Shown: positions 30,033 to 42,295, counted from the first letter of the whole stretch. The stretch: DNA of 61,959 nucleotides, filler included, from 7 parts of 7 records of this genome joined end to end with filler, not necessarily neighbours in it, one strand, 5' to 3'. The notes: generated from the letters alone by a model not told the origin. Numbers and translations: made by a program.

Positions 30033-31988
30033 CTACTTTTGGGTCATGAACATCGGGCCGCCCTTATGGCGTGGGAAGCCATATCCATTGACCATGACCA
30101 CATCAATTGCGTCTGGACTCATGGCGATTCCTTCGGCAAGGATTTTGTCGCCTTCGCTACGCATGGCATCAAGGATGATGGACATGATTTCTTTGGTGTC
30201 GAAATTGCGACGTGTGATGCCTTTTTTATCCGATTCCGCAATCACCAGTGCATCGACGTCCGGGTCCGGGTGGGCTTTGCCGTTTTCATCATAACGATAC
30301 CAGCCAAGACCGTTCTTTTTGCCAAGCCGGTCCATCTCGCACAGGTAATCGCCAAGTGCGACATAACGTTCAGCCGGATCACGGAACGGAGCGAGACGTT
30401 TACGCGTTGCCCATGAAATCTCAAGCCCGGCCATGTCCTGCATGGCAAACAAGCCCATTGGGAAGCCGAATTCAACCATGGCAGCATCGATCTGATGGGG
30501 GAGTGCTCCATCTTCGAGCATATATTCACAATGCTTGCGATAGGCCGACATAATGCGATTACCAATAAAGCCATCGCAGACACCACAGGGGACCGCGATC
30601 TTGCCAAGCTTGCGGGCAAAGGCAAACGCGGTGGCAAGGCTTGCGGCGTTGGCTCGATCGGTGCGGACCACCTCAAGCAGCTTCATGATATGCGCCGGGG
30701 AGAAGAAATGAAGCCCGATCACCCGCTGGGGATTAGTACATTTGGCCGCGATTTCGTTGATGTCGAGGTAAGACGTATTTGAGGCCAGAACAGCGTCCGG
30801 CTTGCAGTATTTTGAAAGCTTGCCAAACACATCGTGCTTGACGGCCATATCTTCAAACACGGCTTCGACCACCAGATCGGCAGTGCCAAGGTCCGCGTAG
30901 TCGGTGCTGGTAGAAAGCGATGCCAGCAGATTGTCAAAACGATCTTGCGTGATCAGGCCACGCTTGAGGCTGCCACTCAGATGCTTTTCAACGGTTGCCC
31001 GGCCATTGGCGCAGGCATCTTCGTTGCGTTCAATAATCGTTGCCCTGAAGCCGGCCAAAAGCGATGCGGTTGCAATGCCTGCCCCCATGATGCCGCCACC
31101 AATGACGCCGACTTCTTCAATCGGGTTGGGTGACACACCATCAAGTTCAGGAAGCTTGGCAACGGATCGTTCGGCAAAAAAGATATGACGGAGTGCCTTG
31201 GACTGATCACTGTCGCGCAGTTCGACGAACTTTTCACGTTCATGGGCAAGTCCGGTGGACGGGCCCTGTTCAATGCCGGTGCGAATGGCTTGGACAGCAA
31301 TGACCGGTGCAATTTGTCCACGGGCCTTTTTACCAACACCTTCGATGATTTGATCCCACTGGGCATCATCAGGCGCATCGACAGGGCCCCGGCGCAGCAA
31401 TTCCAAGGGGCGCGGGCGGTTGATGATGGTTCGGGCAAAGTCCAGTGCGGCATCACGCAGCGAACCATGGGCAATGGCATCAATCAGGCCAATCGCATTG
31501 GCCTTGTCGGTCGAAATCGGTTTGCCGCCAGTGATCATGGAAACCGCGTCATTGACCGGGATAAGGCGCGGCAAACGAACCGTGCCACCAGCACCGGGAA
31601 TAAGCCCCAGGTTTACTTCCGGCAGGCCAAGTTTGGCCGTTTTTTCGGCAATTCGGTAATGACAGCCAAGGGCGACTTCCAGCCCGCCACCCAATGCATG
31701 GCCATGGATGGCAGCAATGACTGGTTTGGTGGTGACCTCCAGCCGTTTGATCACATCGGGCAGGATCGGGGGCATGGGCGGTTGGCCAAATTCGCTGACA
31801 TCCGCACCAGCGATGAACGTTTTGCCTGCACAGATCAGAATAGCGGCCTTGATCGTGTTATTGCCTTCGACCTTATCAAGGGCATCCATGATGCCCTGAC
31901 GCACGCTGTGGCTGGTGGCATTGATCGGCGGATTATCGATGGTGATAATGGCGACGTCGTTTTCAGTCGTGAAGCTGACGGTCGACAT
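30033..31988 (-). CDS. Bifunctional enoyl-CoA hydratase/3-hydroxyacyl-CoA dehydrogenase (FadB/PimF-like)
   Basis: FIAGAD, ALGGGLE, GLPEV.LG.IPGAGGT, GGGIMGAGI, ASNTS, GLHFFSPA, GFIGNR. Confidence 0.93.
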   Translation of the reverse strand: MSTVSFTTENDVAIITIDNPPINATSHSVRQGIMDALDKVEGNNTIKAAILICAGKTFIAGADVSEFGQPPMPPILPDVIKRLEVTTKPVIAAIHGHALGGGLEVALGCHYRIAEKTAKLGLPEVNLGLIPGAGGTVRLPRLIPVNDAVSMITGGKPISTDKANAIGLIDAIAHGSLRDAALDFARTIINRPRPLELLRRGPVDAPDDAQWDQIIEGVGKKARGQIAPVIAVQAIRTGIEQGPSTGLAHEREKFVELRDSDQSKALRHIFFAERSVAKLPELDGVSPNPIEEVGVIGGGIMGAGIATASLLAGFRATIIERNEDACANGRATVEKHLSGSLKRGLITQDRFDNLLASLSTSTDYADLGTADLVVEAVFEDMAVKHDVFGKLSKYCKPDAVLASNTSYLDINEIAAKCTNPQRVIGLHFFSPAHIMKLLEVVRTDRANAASLATAFAFARKLGKIAVPCGVCDGFIGNRIMSAYRKHCEYMLEDGALPHQIDAAMVEFGFPMGLFAMQDMAGLEISWATRKRLAPFRDPAERYVALGDYLCEMDRLGKKNGLGWYRYDENGKAHPDPDVDALVIAESDKKGITRRNFDTKEIMSIILDAMRSEGDKILAEGIAMSPDAIDVVMVNGYGFPRHKGGPMFMTQK

Positions 31989-31989
31989 G

Positions 31990-32826
31990 TCAGATATCCT
32001 CCGGATTAATCGGGGTCAAAAGACAGGCTGTCAGATCGGATTCCGGGTCGGCGAGATCGGCGATCACATCGAAATGATGTTTGTCCGGGGCATGCACCGC
32101 ACGGGTCGATGCGCCAAGTCCGGTCCAGACATTGGCCAAAAGATCATTCTGCCTGACAAATTCCGGGCGTTCATTCGCACCCACCCAACATGTGATTGAA
32201 GAGGGCAGGGCCGGGCATAAAAGCGCGGCACTTTCAGTCGCCGCCTCGTCCTTATTCAGACCAAGCACGTCATTCATCGTGGTTTTTAAAAGCGGGCGCA
32301 AATCATGCAGGCCCGAAATCGACACTGTGTTTTTCACCCGTGCCAAGGTGTCGGGGCTGAGCGGCGAGGTCTTGCAGACCATTCGGCTGACAAGATGACC
32401 ACCGGCTGAATGACCTGTTAAATGAACAGGGCCACCAATACGTTCGGCGACATGGTTAATCGCAGCACCGATTTGACAGGTGATGTCGGACAAGCGGGCA
32501 TCGGGGGCAAGCGTATAGCTTGGCATGCAAACTGCCCACCCTTTTGCAACCGGGCCATTGGCCAAATGCGACCAACTGGATTTATCAAAGGCCTTCCAGT
32601 ATCCACCATGCACAAAGACAACCAACCCCTTGGGCGTGCCGTCAGGAAGGAACAGGTCGTATTTTTCGCGGTCTTTTGTGCCATAGGCGATATCAAGTTC
32701 GGCGCGCTTGGTGGCGAGCAGGGTGTCACGGAACCGCGCAGACTGTTCTGCCCACATACCCGGATATGAGTTTGCATCGGCGATATGGTCGCCATTGGCA
32801 TATGCGTCGTCCCAGTCGGTAATCAT
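31990..32826 (-). CDS. Alpha/beta-hydrolase, arylformamidase (kynurenine formamidase AFMID)-like
   Basis: FVHGGYW, GHSAGGHL, ISG..DL, E..EF.RQ, HHFD. Confidence 0.82.
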   Translation of the reverse strand: MITDWDDAYANGDHIADANSYPGMWAEQSARFRDTLLATKRAELDIAYGTKDREKYDLFLPDGTPKGLVVFVHGGYWKAFDKSSWSHLANGPVAKGWAVCMPSYTLAPDARLSDITCQIGAAINHVAERIGGPVHLTGHSAGGHLVSRMVCKTSPLSPDTLARVKNTVSISGLHDLRPLLKTTMNDVLGLNKDEAATESAALLCPALPSSITCWVGANERPEFVRQNDLLANVWTGLGASTRAVHAPDKHHFDVIADLADPESDLTACLLTPINPEDI

Positions 32827-32939
32827 GTGATCTGTCTTCCCTGATGGTCGGTTTGGGTGTGGCGTACCAACGCAGTTTACGTGGGGCTATAGTGAACGCG
32901 TCTTTATTTCTCTGGTAAATTCTAGGCAATTTTACAGAT

Positions 32940-32970
32940 ATTTCAAACTCAAAATATTTATACTTGAAAT
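32940..32970. promoter_or_regulatory. AT-rich imperfect palindrome, candidate repressor operator
   Basis: ATTTCAA-N17-TTGAAAT about 115 nt upstream of the hydrolase start. Confidence 0.45.
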
Positions 32971-33004
32971 AAATCAATTCGAGGCGTACCGTTTTATCAG
33001 TTTC

Positions 33005-33104
33005 NNNNNNNNNNNNNNNNNNNNNNNNNNNNNNNNNNNNNNNNNNNNTTAATTAATTAANNNNNNNNNNNNNNNNNNNNNNNNNNNNNNNNNNNNNNNN
33101 NNNN
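33005..33104. other. Artificial contig spacer
   Basis: N44-TTAATTAATTAA-N44. Confidence 0.99.
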
Positions 33105-33337
33105 TCTCTCTCTCTCTCTCTGTCTCTCTCACTCCAGCTCTCTCTCTCTCCAGTTCTCTCTCTCTTCTCTTCTTCATCTCATGCCCACTCTTCGTCCCCT
33201 TACAACCGCTTTTCACCCACAACGCCCACAACATACATACAACAACATACATTAATACATACATGCAGACATACACACATACATACAACATGCATCACAT
33301 ACATTCCATACTTTCACTCACACTCACTCACACTCAC
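33105..33337. repeat. Compound microsatellite (TC)n / (ACAT)n / (CACT)n
   Basis: Direct reading at start of contig 4. Confidence 0.85.
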
Positions 33338-33567
33338 GCGGGCTAGAGAGGCGAGAGACGAGCGCGCAACAGCGACAACAACAACCACCACCCCACAAAG
33401 CGAAAAAAGAAACACTTTCTCACAAAGGGGTAATGAAAACAAGGAAAAACTAAAAATAACTTCCAGAGCAGAATTTGAATCCGCGGAGAAGAAAAACAAA
33501 TCACTCGTCGTGGATCGTCGCTAGTGACCGACCGCTGGCAGAGGCAGAGACGCTGGTGCCGCAGGCC

Positions 33568-36500
33568 ATGTGGCGCCGTCTGAGCAGCACCCGCAGGCTG
33601 TTGCTGCTCTCTGAAAAATCTCAATCTTGTTGCTTTTGCAGAAGAAGCAGAGTGACGCAGTGTGAACAACAGCGATGCCCAGCAACTGTGTTGACAAAGC
33701 GCCTCCGTCACACGCATCGGCCCTCGCGACCGCCTTCACTCTCGACGTCCCCTTCCTCCGCGGTTGAATTGCAGAAGCAGCTGCCTTTGTGGCGCGGTCA
33801 CAGCCTTCGGCTGCTTGCTTTTGGAGGCACTCTTCTCGCGCTTCACAACCTCCAAGCTCAAGGAAGTGTTGCCCACGCGCAGACCCTGTTCCGTCAAGGC
33901 GGTGGCGCGTTGATACCCAACCAACAACATGCTTTGCCCGGGGGGGCAAGCGGTGGTGGTGGCGCGACTATTGCCACTGAATACCTCATTGTCGGCACGA
34001 GTATTGCAGCCATAGCTGCCCTTCGCAGGATCCGCCAGCTCGACCCACATGCGCAGTGTACTGTGCTGGTCGAGCACCCCAGCTCACTGATGGGAGTGGA
34101 CCTGCGCCAATTGGATGGAGCCACTTTGGTCGTGGGCCGTCAGATCGCGCGTCTCGACACCAACGCCAAAGTGGTCGAGCTGTGCCCCCCACCCGAATCA
34201 TCTCGCAGTCACCAGCGTGGCGCCCCTTCCAGCATTCGATTCACAACATGCTTGCTCGCTCAGGGTGGGCGATTGCTGCCTCCCCAAGGTGTGATGAACT
34301 TCGGCCCAGGGTGCCAAACAACTGGAGGAGGATCCTACGTGGTGGACTGCTCCAGGCGGCCGGGTGCTGACCGACAAGCACGTGCCAAACTAGTTGAAGT
34401 GAGTTGTTTGGCTTGTCACTTGCGGAAAAACTGCTTGCCTTCCGCACTTGCGTTCTTGTCAATCCTGTGCTTTTACTCGCCACCAACAAGCTAAGCGTTT
34501 ATCGACTCGTACCTCTGCCACCGTCGAAGCGTTTTGACGACATGCTAGCTTCTCATCTACTGTCTGGTGCACAACCCTTGAATTTCTGCAGAGAGTCCGA
34601 CTTGGCGAACTGCGCCACGTCACAGTGATGGGTGGTGGCTGGCTTGGTGTGGAGCTTGCATGCGCTCTAAGACAGGCCAACAGGGCCGCGACCGTCGTGC
34701 TTGCGTGCCAAGAGGCTGCTCCACTTGGCCGGTTTTTGCCAAAATTTTTGCGAGCAGAGCTCAAGGCGCGCTTGTCGAAATCTGGAGTAGTTGTACGCGG
34801 CTATTCACAATTGGCTTTTGTGTACGAACCAGCGAGCGCTCGTGTTCGGAGTAGCGAAACTGCAAACGACGACAGTGATCTTCGGGCCGTCGAAACAAGG
34901 ATTGCAGCGCTGCACGCAAAAGAGACAGCTGCTGAAGCTCACGCTTTTTGCAGAGGCGACGAAGTGGAATTGCACGGACTTGTGAATAATGACTTGTACG
35001 TACTCTTGGGAGAGTGCTGTCATGATTGTGACGATGACCTTACTTTCTTGTTTGTTGGCGACTGCGTTTGCCCATGGTATGTTATCGTGTGCGTTGCCAC
35101 AGGTTCAACGGTCGACGTGGACGGATTGTAGAATGCAGTGGCACCGACGAAGTCTCCCACGGCAGACCTACTTTTGTTGTAGACCTTGGAGGCGGTGAAG
35201 TGTTTGACCTTTTCTCTGAAAACCTTCGCAAGATTGGGCACGGGCACAGTCCCACCCCGATATCACAGCGTTCATCAGCGCTGCCCGTCGAAGCTGCTGC
35301 CCAAATGGAGTCCATCGTTCCTGGCGCAATTGTAACATTGCTGGGCCTCCACAGACGGGCAGACTTGAACGGATGCGTGGGAACAGTTGTGAGTCCAGGG
35401 ACCACCCCGTCGACGTGAGTTTTTTCTTTCGTTGCTGGATTCGTGAATCAGAAAGTAGCCACCTGCTATGGCAGTTAAGAAATCGCCAAAACTTTTTACA
35501 GCAATGCCAAATTTCAATGCGGGTCATGCAGGTACCAAGTGCGTTTGCATGGCGACGATCGGAAAATTACCGTTCGGGAATCAAACTTGCAGTTATCTCT
35601 AGGAAACTCTGACATGCCTCTTCAAGATACAGCAACGCATCCGGCACGTTCCCATTTTCCACATGTGACAGGACCCTTTGCTGACATTCACCCACGCCAC
35701 AAATGTTCGCGATTGGCGTTCGAGCGCTCATTTACTCAACGCTTTTGGTTTGCCTTTGGATCAAATAGCACAACATTCACATCACGCTGCTCTCCGTTTA
35801 CGATCGGCAGTCAGCAACGTCGTTCGCGTCAGATGCACTGGCTCTGGCCATATCACATACAGAATCTGCGGTTGAGGTGACTACCTTAATCTCGTCATCT
35901 TCCTCAACCTTTTGCATAAACCGTGATGTGACATCCTTACACTTCTGGCACTTCACTCATGCCACCACCCGACGCGCTCTTTCGTGACAGGTGAGTCCGA
36001 TGTCTTCGTCGCTTGAAATTGACGCACGAAACGGCGGAATTGTCTGCAACTCCGACCTGTGCGCTGGCAGTGGCATCTTTGCAGCCGGGGACGACTTGTC
36101 GTAAGTGATTCGCGCTTGCATTCCTGGTGCATCTTGATGTTTTTCCAAAAACATCATCCCCCATATCGTCACCCTGCACAAGGTACTTTGACAAGCATCT
36201 GGGCCGCCGTCGAGAGCGTGGAGATGAGCACGCTGTGGCAACAGCTCATGTCGCGGCAAATAACATGGTGGAATTCGTGTTGGCGCGAAAACGTGGCAAT
36301 TTTAGTGGACACGAAGCCAAGCGTGCGCCTGCCCACGCGCCTGTGAACATGGCGACTTGTTCCTATGACGAGACTCCTGTCGAGACCCACGCAATTCAAG
36401 GAACAATCTTCTACTGCATCGGTGATTGTGACGCATCTTTGGACACGTATTCGTTTTGGGAGACAAACACGGCGGGGGTCGCAAAGTCTGCAAGCTGGCT

Positions 36501-37294
36501 GACGCGACCATCACAACGTGGGGTGGTGGCGTACGTCTTTGAATAGTTTTCTTGGCGGTTGTAGTTGAATTAGTGACTGACGTGCTGTTGTGAACGTTGT
36601 TGAAGATTGTGACCTTCAATTTTGCGCATTGCGTCGTAGATACTTGGACGGCAACGAACTCGTGGGTGCGCTTGCGTGGATGCCTGTCGATGAACACGAA
36701 ATGGCAACTACTAGTCGCGACAACACCATTTCTACATTTCGGCATGCTGTCCTCAGCGCACGGAAGGCAATGAGGCAGCTCGACTTTGACGTGTGTTCTT
36801 TGATGCCCAAACTTATGCTTTTTTTTTCGCGCAATGCACCTGCGGCCGCCGTTGTTTCTGATGCTGTGGAGTAAACTGGGGCATTCTGCTCACGTGCAAT
36901 TGACGTCGAATTGTAGGTCTTGAATGACAGCGCAAAGTCCAGTCTCACGCACCGGACTTTCCACGATGCTTCGATGCTGCAAAACCATCTTCAACACTGT
37001 GCAACGCAAGTGTTGTACACAGAGCAGCAAGCTGAGCCGATGCTGGAGAGTCAACGTTTGCAGTTTCGACGCGACTCATCCGCCAAATTGGAGCGATCGT
37101 TGCAACAACGCAGGCGCCGGTCGTTTCGATCGCCGGAGCAGTATCTAACCACCAGGCGTGTCAACGCAGTGGTGGACGTTGGACGAGTTGGAACCGGCGG
37201 CAGTGGTGCCAACGGGGTTGAAAATGGAACTGGCTGGCCCCTGGACGATGCAGCAGCAAGAATTGATGCCGAAGTCCACCCCGCTTGGAACTAA
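33568..37294 (+). CDS. AIF: Apoptosis-inducing factor (AIFM1-like) FAD/NADH oxidoreductase, multi-exon, with internal insertion
   Basis: Arg-rich presequence and hydrophobic segment; YLIVG, MGGGWLGVELA, LEID..NGGIVCNSDL..IFAAGD, YFDKHLGRRR..EHA, IGDCDASL, RGVVAYLDGNELVG align with AIFM1 blocks. In-frame introns 34399-34591, 34996-35102, 35415-35531, 35877-35990, 36101-36182, 36531-36639, plus two with ambiguous donors. Confidence 0.82.
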
Positions 37295-37399
37295 AAACTG
37301 TAAAAAAAATTACACATGAAGCAAGTCTGAATATCGCGCCTGTGACAACGAAGGATTCTAAAAACCCTTCGGTCCTGTATTCGTTCCAGCAACGAAATC

Positions 37400-40300
37400 T
37401 GGTCTGCCAGTGAGTCAAAGCAGCTGCGAAAGACTCGAGTCACCGCCACCAGTGCTGGCAGCGGAGCCATTGCGGCCTCGAGGCGTGCTATTGTCTCCAC
37501 CTCGACCGACGAAATAGCTTTCTCCACGAATCATGCGTTCATCAACGCGGGTTCGCGTCCGCAGAGCTGGTGGCAGTGTGGCCATTGTTGTCTGATTACG
37601 GGATGGGTTTCGAAGTTGAGAAAAATGACACAACAACACACAGTCCCAAACAACGATTAGAAAATGCCTTAAACTTCCGACGCTGCACTGACAACACCAA
37701 TGATGAATTGAAAGCAAACCTGAAATGCAATTTCGACGTTGTGACCCTGCTCTTCGGACTTGACCCCAAGCACTAACCGCACGGGCGTGCCATCGCCACC
37801 ATCCACATCCACAAGGACCATGAACGGGAGCACTTGCTTCACCAAGGAGCTTTGTTGTTTCGGGGTCGTCGTCAAGCGCACGCGAATCAACTGGCGCAAT
37901 GTAAATGCATGTGTGAGCATGCTCATTCGTTGATCGTAGATGCGAAGTCCGTCTTGCGCTATCGTCACAAACTTGTGGTACCTGTAGCCGCCAATTGTGT
38001 CAAATCCACGACGACACGCTAGCAATTTTCAGCAGTGCAGAATATTTATTGCACAAGGTGGACACACCATCTCTTTAGCTTTCCCGATCCCTGCTTGAAA
38101 ACCCAAAACATTGCACCCCCGCAACGAAGCCGGGAGAAGTCGTGCCTTTGTGTGTGCAGTCAACACACCAGCACGAGTGATACGGTCAGGCACGGTGATA
38201 GAGCAATACGATTGAAGCAACATGGCGCCTAAGACTTGAGCAGCCCACCTGTTGGTGTAGTCGATCGGCTGAAGAAATCTCTGCACTGCAGGAATTTCGA
38301 GAGTCTCTCGGTTCGATACCACTGCCGCCATAATTGCAGAGAAGCCATGCAACCGTTGCTGTTCGAGCTCCTTCTTTAGTCCACCATCCTTTGACGGGAA
38401 CGCGGGCAACGCCACTGCCCAATGCCGTGACAAAACGCGAAAGTGTGTCGCAATTGCAACCCAAAAGTCAACGCGCATTCTGTAGGCTCAGCCATGAACA
38501 TGGGTGCGCAGCACGATAAGTTCGACAACACGCACCACGTCCTCCTTTAGTACGTAGAATCTCTTCATAAAGTCCACTGAATGCACTGTATCTGTGCGAA
38601 ACTTTCCAGCTCTCGCCGGTCGACAGGCGCACTTCCAGAGCATATTCCATGACAGTTGCAGCAACACCTTCGAGCAACCCGTTGTACCTGTTACAGCAAG
38701 GGCAAAACGAACAACTCAACATTGTCCATGGAATTCCAATTCACCAATCCATGGAGTTGCAAAAATGGCACTTGCTGCAGCTCAATTAACATTCAAACAT
38801 GTTTTCTCGAGACCTCCCCAAAACAAGCAAAACTGCTCCTCAATTATCGGGCCACTCTCGCTATTGATGCAACCTACTTTTTCTCCTTGGTCTTAACAAG
38901 GCCAACGACACGCACTCCAGCGATGTCGTCCCACCATCGATGCACATCCGGTACCGTACCAGCCACTTCGGCTGCAGATGTCGCTTGACTGTGATCGGAT
39001 GGCTTATGACCGTCAGTAGCTTTAGGGGGCACAACAGCGCTGTTTGTGCTCGTATGGGGCGCCACGCTAGAGCTGCCATCACTCGGTAAGTCAGCGCCTT
39101 CGCCTTCATCTGGCACTGCAGGAAGAATCGCTAGGTCGGCAAGATTCGGCAACTTGGCAGCGTCTTGTTGGCCTACGCCATGCGAGTTGGAACGTGTTGG
39201 TCGCGGGGGTCCATCCTCTGTCGGCAATACACCAAGATCGTCGCTTCCCTCGTCAGCATCGGAGTCCTGGACGGAGAAAGCATCCTGAAGACAAGGCAGG
39301 GAAGATGACAACAGAGTGCTAAAAAAGTCTCCCTTGCACGGGAACATTTTCACACAAAAATGTGCACAGCAGTATGGGCGCCGTACCGTCGCAGGGCCTT
39401 CTGTTAAATGTTGAGAGTCCAGCTCCTCTTGCCCAGGAAATTCCTCCTTACTTTCGGCCTTACCGACGTCCTCGGCGCCTGAATCTTGTGCAACTGCAAC
39501 ATGGACATCTTCGTCATCGTCGTCGTTGTCATCGCCGGTCGGACTCCCATCGCTGCTAATAGAGCGAGTCTTACCCGTAGCAACTTCGCCCTCGTCTTGA
39601 GCAGAACTGCTTGCAGCCAGAGTGTCCTGGTCGGCTTCGTTATGTCCAGCAGCTCGAGTGGCGCTCGTCGAGTCCTGGCAGCCGTCACCGCCAATTGCTT
39701 CTGATAAGGAAAGCACGCCGTTGCTTTCAGTGGAGTGTGCAGCGTTGTCAGGCACATGTGAGTCAGGAGCTATTCGCTCAGTTTCGGTCAGCGCTTGCTG
39801 TGCTTGCTGCTGCTTCTCGCGCTCCACATCTGCATGCGAGCGACCTCCAACCAGGCGGTGCTTGGCACGCACCCACCCTCGAATGTCGTCTTGCCATCGT
39901 CGGTAGGTCCTCGAATCCAGTTCAAACATCTCTGCTGAAAGTGCTTTGGTCACATCTTCTAGCATTAGCTCTGCAAAGCCAGAACCGAGCGCCAGGTCAT
40001 TAATCACGGGCCTGCGGTTTCGTAGGCATGCACATACATATTTTTTGTCAGGGCCAGAACCGCGTGGTAGTGTTTCAGTTCTTTTGGCACCAAAAGGGGG
40101 ACGCGCATATCGCAGGGTGCGGGGAAAACATCAGACATACTGAACGATCTTGCGAACGCGGTCGCGGTTCTTTGCGTCAATACCAAGCTGTTTCGAGACA
40201 TTGAGTGCGGTGATGCACTGTCGCAAGTGGCGCATCCACTGCTGCCGATCTGCGTCGGAGTCAGTCGCGCAATGCACCACTTCGTTGTGCCCAGCCCCCG

Positions 40301-41715
40301 GATTTCTTAACGTGAATTCGTACAGAAATGTCTGTCAACAGCACATTGCAAGTCAAGTCGTGAGCAATAGAAAGCCAAAACAACACATGTTGTTTGCCAA
40401 AAAAGGGCGTGCTAAAACCTCACCTTGTTGAAGGGCACTTTTGAGCGACCGGCACGCAGCTCTGAGTCTGGAGTCAGCGGTGTGGACAGCGTATTTCCCC
40501 CAACAACAAGCTCCATAGCATCTTTTCCCACACGCAAGTCAAACACTTTGTTGGTGCCTCCTTTCTACCAATGTAGGAGCAGTTTTCCATGACATAAGAA
40601 ACAAAAAGCCACATGTGTTGGATCCGAGAACGTGCTGGTAATATCGAAAAGGCACTGATGGCTATCCCCAATTTGGCTGCAATTTCTCTCTCAGTAGCAC
40701 AACCGCACCTGCCCCGCTGCCACCGTCGTTGTTGACACCAGCACACCGTATCGCTTGACAAAAGCAAAGGGGATTTGTCGTGTGTACAGCGTTCCCTGCT
40801 TAAGTCGTGACTCCACCTGCAAAGTTTTTCAACGAGACATGTCATTTCCATGCAACCCTCTCGGAACGTTGCGGGCGCTCCGAACAATTGGCAAGACCTG
40901 CAATGTCCTTAACGACAAACAGTGAGAAGTCGTACCTTTGTTGGCGCCGCAGCGGACGAAATTTTCTTGTCGCTCACATGCTTGCTAACAAAACTCTTTG
41001 TCGCCTTCAGGGTCGGTGATCCTGCATCGCCTTGCGGTGCAAAGTTCCCTTGGGATCGTGAACCGCCAGTGGTGGTATCAAGCGCTGAGTGAGCAGATCG
41101 TGGACGTAGGGCCGGTGAGACTGGTGCGGACGACTCAGACAAGACCCCAGCATCGGATCCGTCGGATCGTAGGGGATCAAAAGTGTCGCGGCGCGCAATT
41201 GGTGCGTGTCCAGCAGGACTCGTGGCTGAAAAAGAAGAAGCAGAGGTGACAGAATCTGCAGAAGCAGCTGAAGACGATCGCTTGAGGAGTGGTGCCGTCG
41301 GCTCGTTCGACACATTGGAAGCGGCGGAAGCACCACCACCTCCTCCTCCACCATCCAGGAACGCCGCTGTCTCTGGCACGTTCATACTGCGTCGAAAGGC
41401 CGCCAGAGACTTTTCCTTACGCGCTTGATGTAAGCGTGCAATCTGCACTGCCTGAATGGCTGGCTCTTTCGTGAACGTCAGGTACACCCACGCCACAGTG
41501 AGCAGCCCAACAACCAGGCACGTCTGCAAGGTAGTGTTGCCGACTTGCGCAACGAGCAAGGCCAACCCAATACCAACCACTGCAAGCAACCCAGCCCTCA
41601 AGCGAAGCTCCAGCTGAGCGACCTTTGCCTGCAGCTCGTGGACTTGCCTCGCAAGGCGGCGGTCTTCGTCTTCGGACGACGTCGCCGCAGCAAGGGAAGA
41701 AGAAGGGCTGGGCAT
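37400..41715 (-). CDS. Multi-exon eukaryotic protein with two N-terminal TM helices, PH domain and PX domain (3' end approximate)
   Basis: TM pair in ORF 40909-41715; PH blocks LKQGTLY..F.KRYGVL (exon from 40816) and YEFTL...CATDSDADRQQWMRHL (~40200-40323); PX blocks EYALEV...WKVSHRYSAF..LY and LPAFPSK...EQQRL...VQRFL. Confidence 0.68.
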
Positions 41716-42078
41716 TTCGAAGTGAATTGCAATGCAGCAGCGAGAACTGCTGCAAAAAACTTATCACGTGGAACCTAATCTGAATTGCAGCGGTAACTGC
41801 TGCAAAACGTATCACCTGGTTGGTATCTGCTTCCAGGACTCAACAACGGCGCTTCTGCTCCGCACCCACGCACACGTCGTTGGTGTCGTTGGGACCTGAA
41901 AGTCTCGGCCCAGTCCGTTGTGGCTTCGTGGGTTTGCTGCTGGTTGCGTTCCCTGCGCGAGACGCGCCGAGTTTTTTTTCTTCCGTTGTTGTTGTCGAAG
42001 TTGTTGTCGAAGAAGCTGTGATGATGAAATTGCTTTTTGTCCTTTTTGTCTTTCTTTTTTTCTTTTTTTTTTTTTTTT

Positions 42079-42178
42079 NNNNNNNNNNNNNNNNNNNNNN
42101 NNNNNNNNNNNNNNNNNNNNNNTTAATTAATTAANNNNNNNNNNNNNNNNNNNNNNNNNNNNNNNNNNNNNNNNNNNN
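42079..42178. other. Artificial contig spacer
   Basis: N44-TTAATTAATTAA-N44. Confidence 0.99.
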
Positions 42179-42295
42179 TTGTTGTTGTTGTTGTTGTTTT
42201 TGTTGTTTGTGTGCAGTAGACATCGTGTTTGAGTGTTGTTCGCCTTGAGGGGTTGGCCAAGTCCGGTTGTCTGCCCTCCACAGGAGACGTATAAT

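Noticed and set aside
18862-33104. Apparent bacterial-to-eukaryote gene transfer (operons next to intron-containing genes)
   Set aside because: Every transition coincides with a spacer, so there is no physical linkage.
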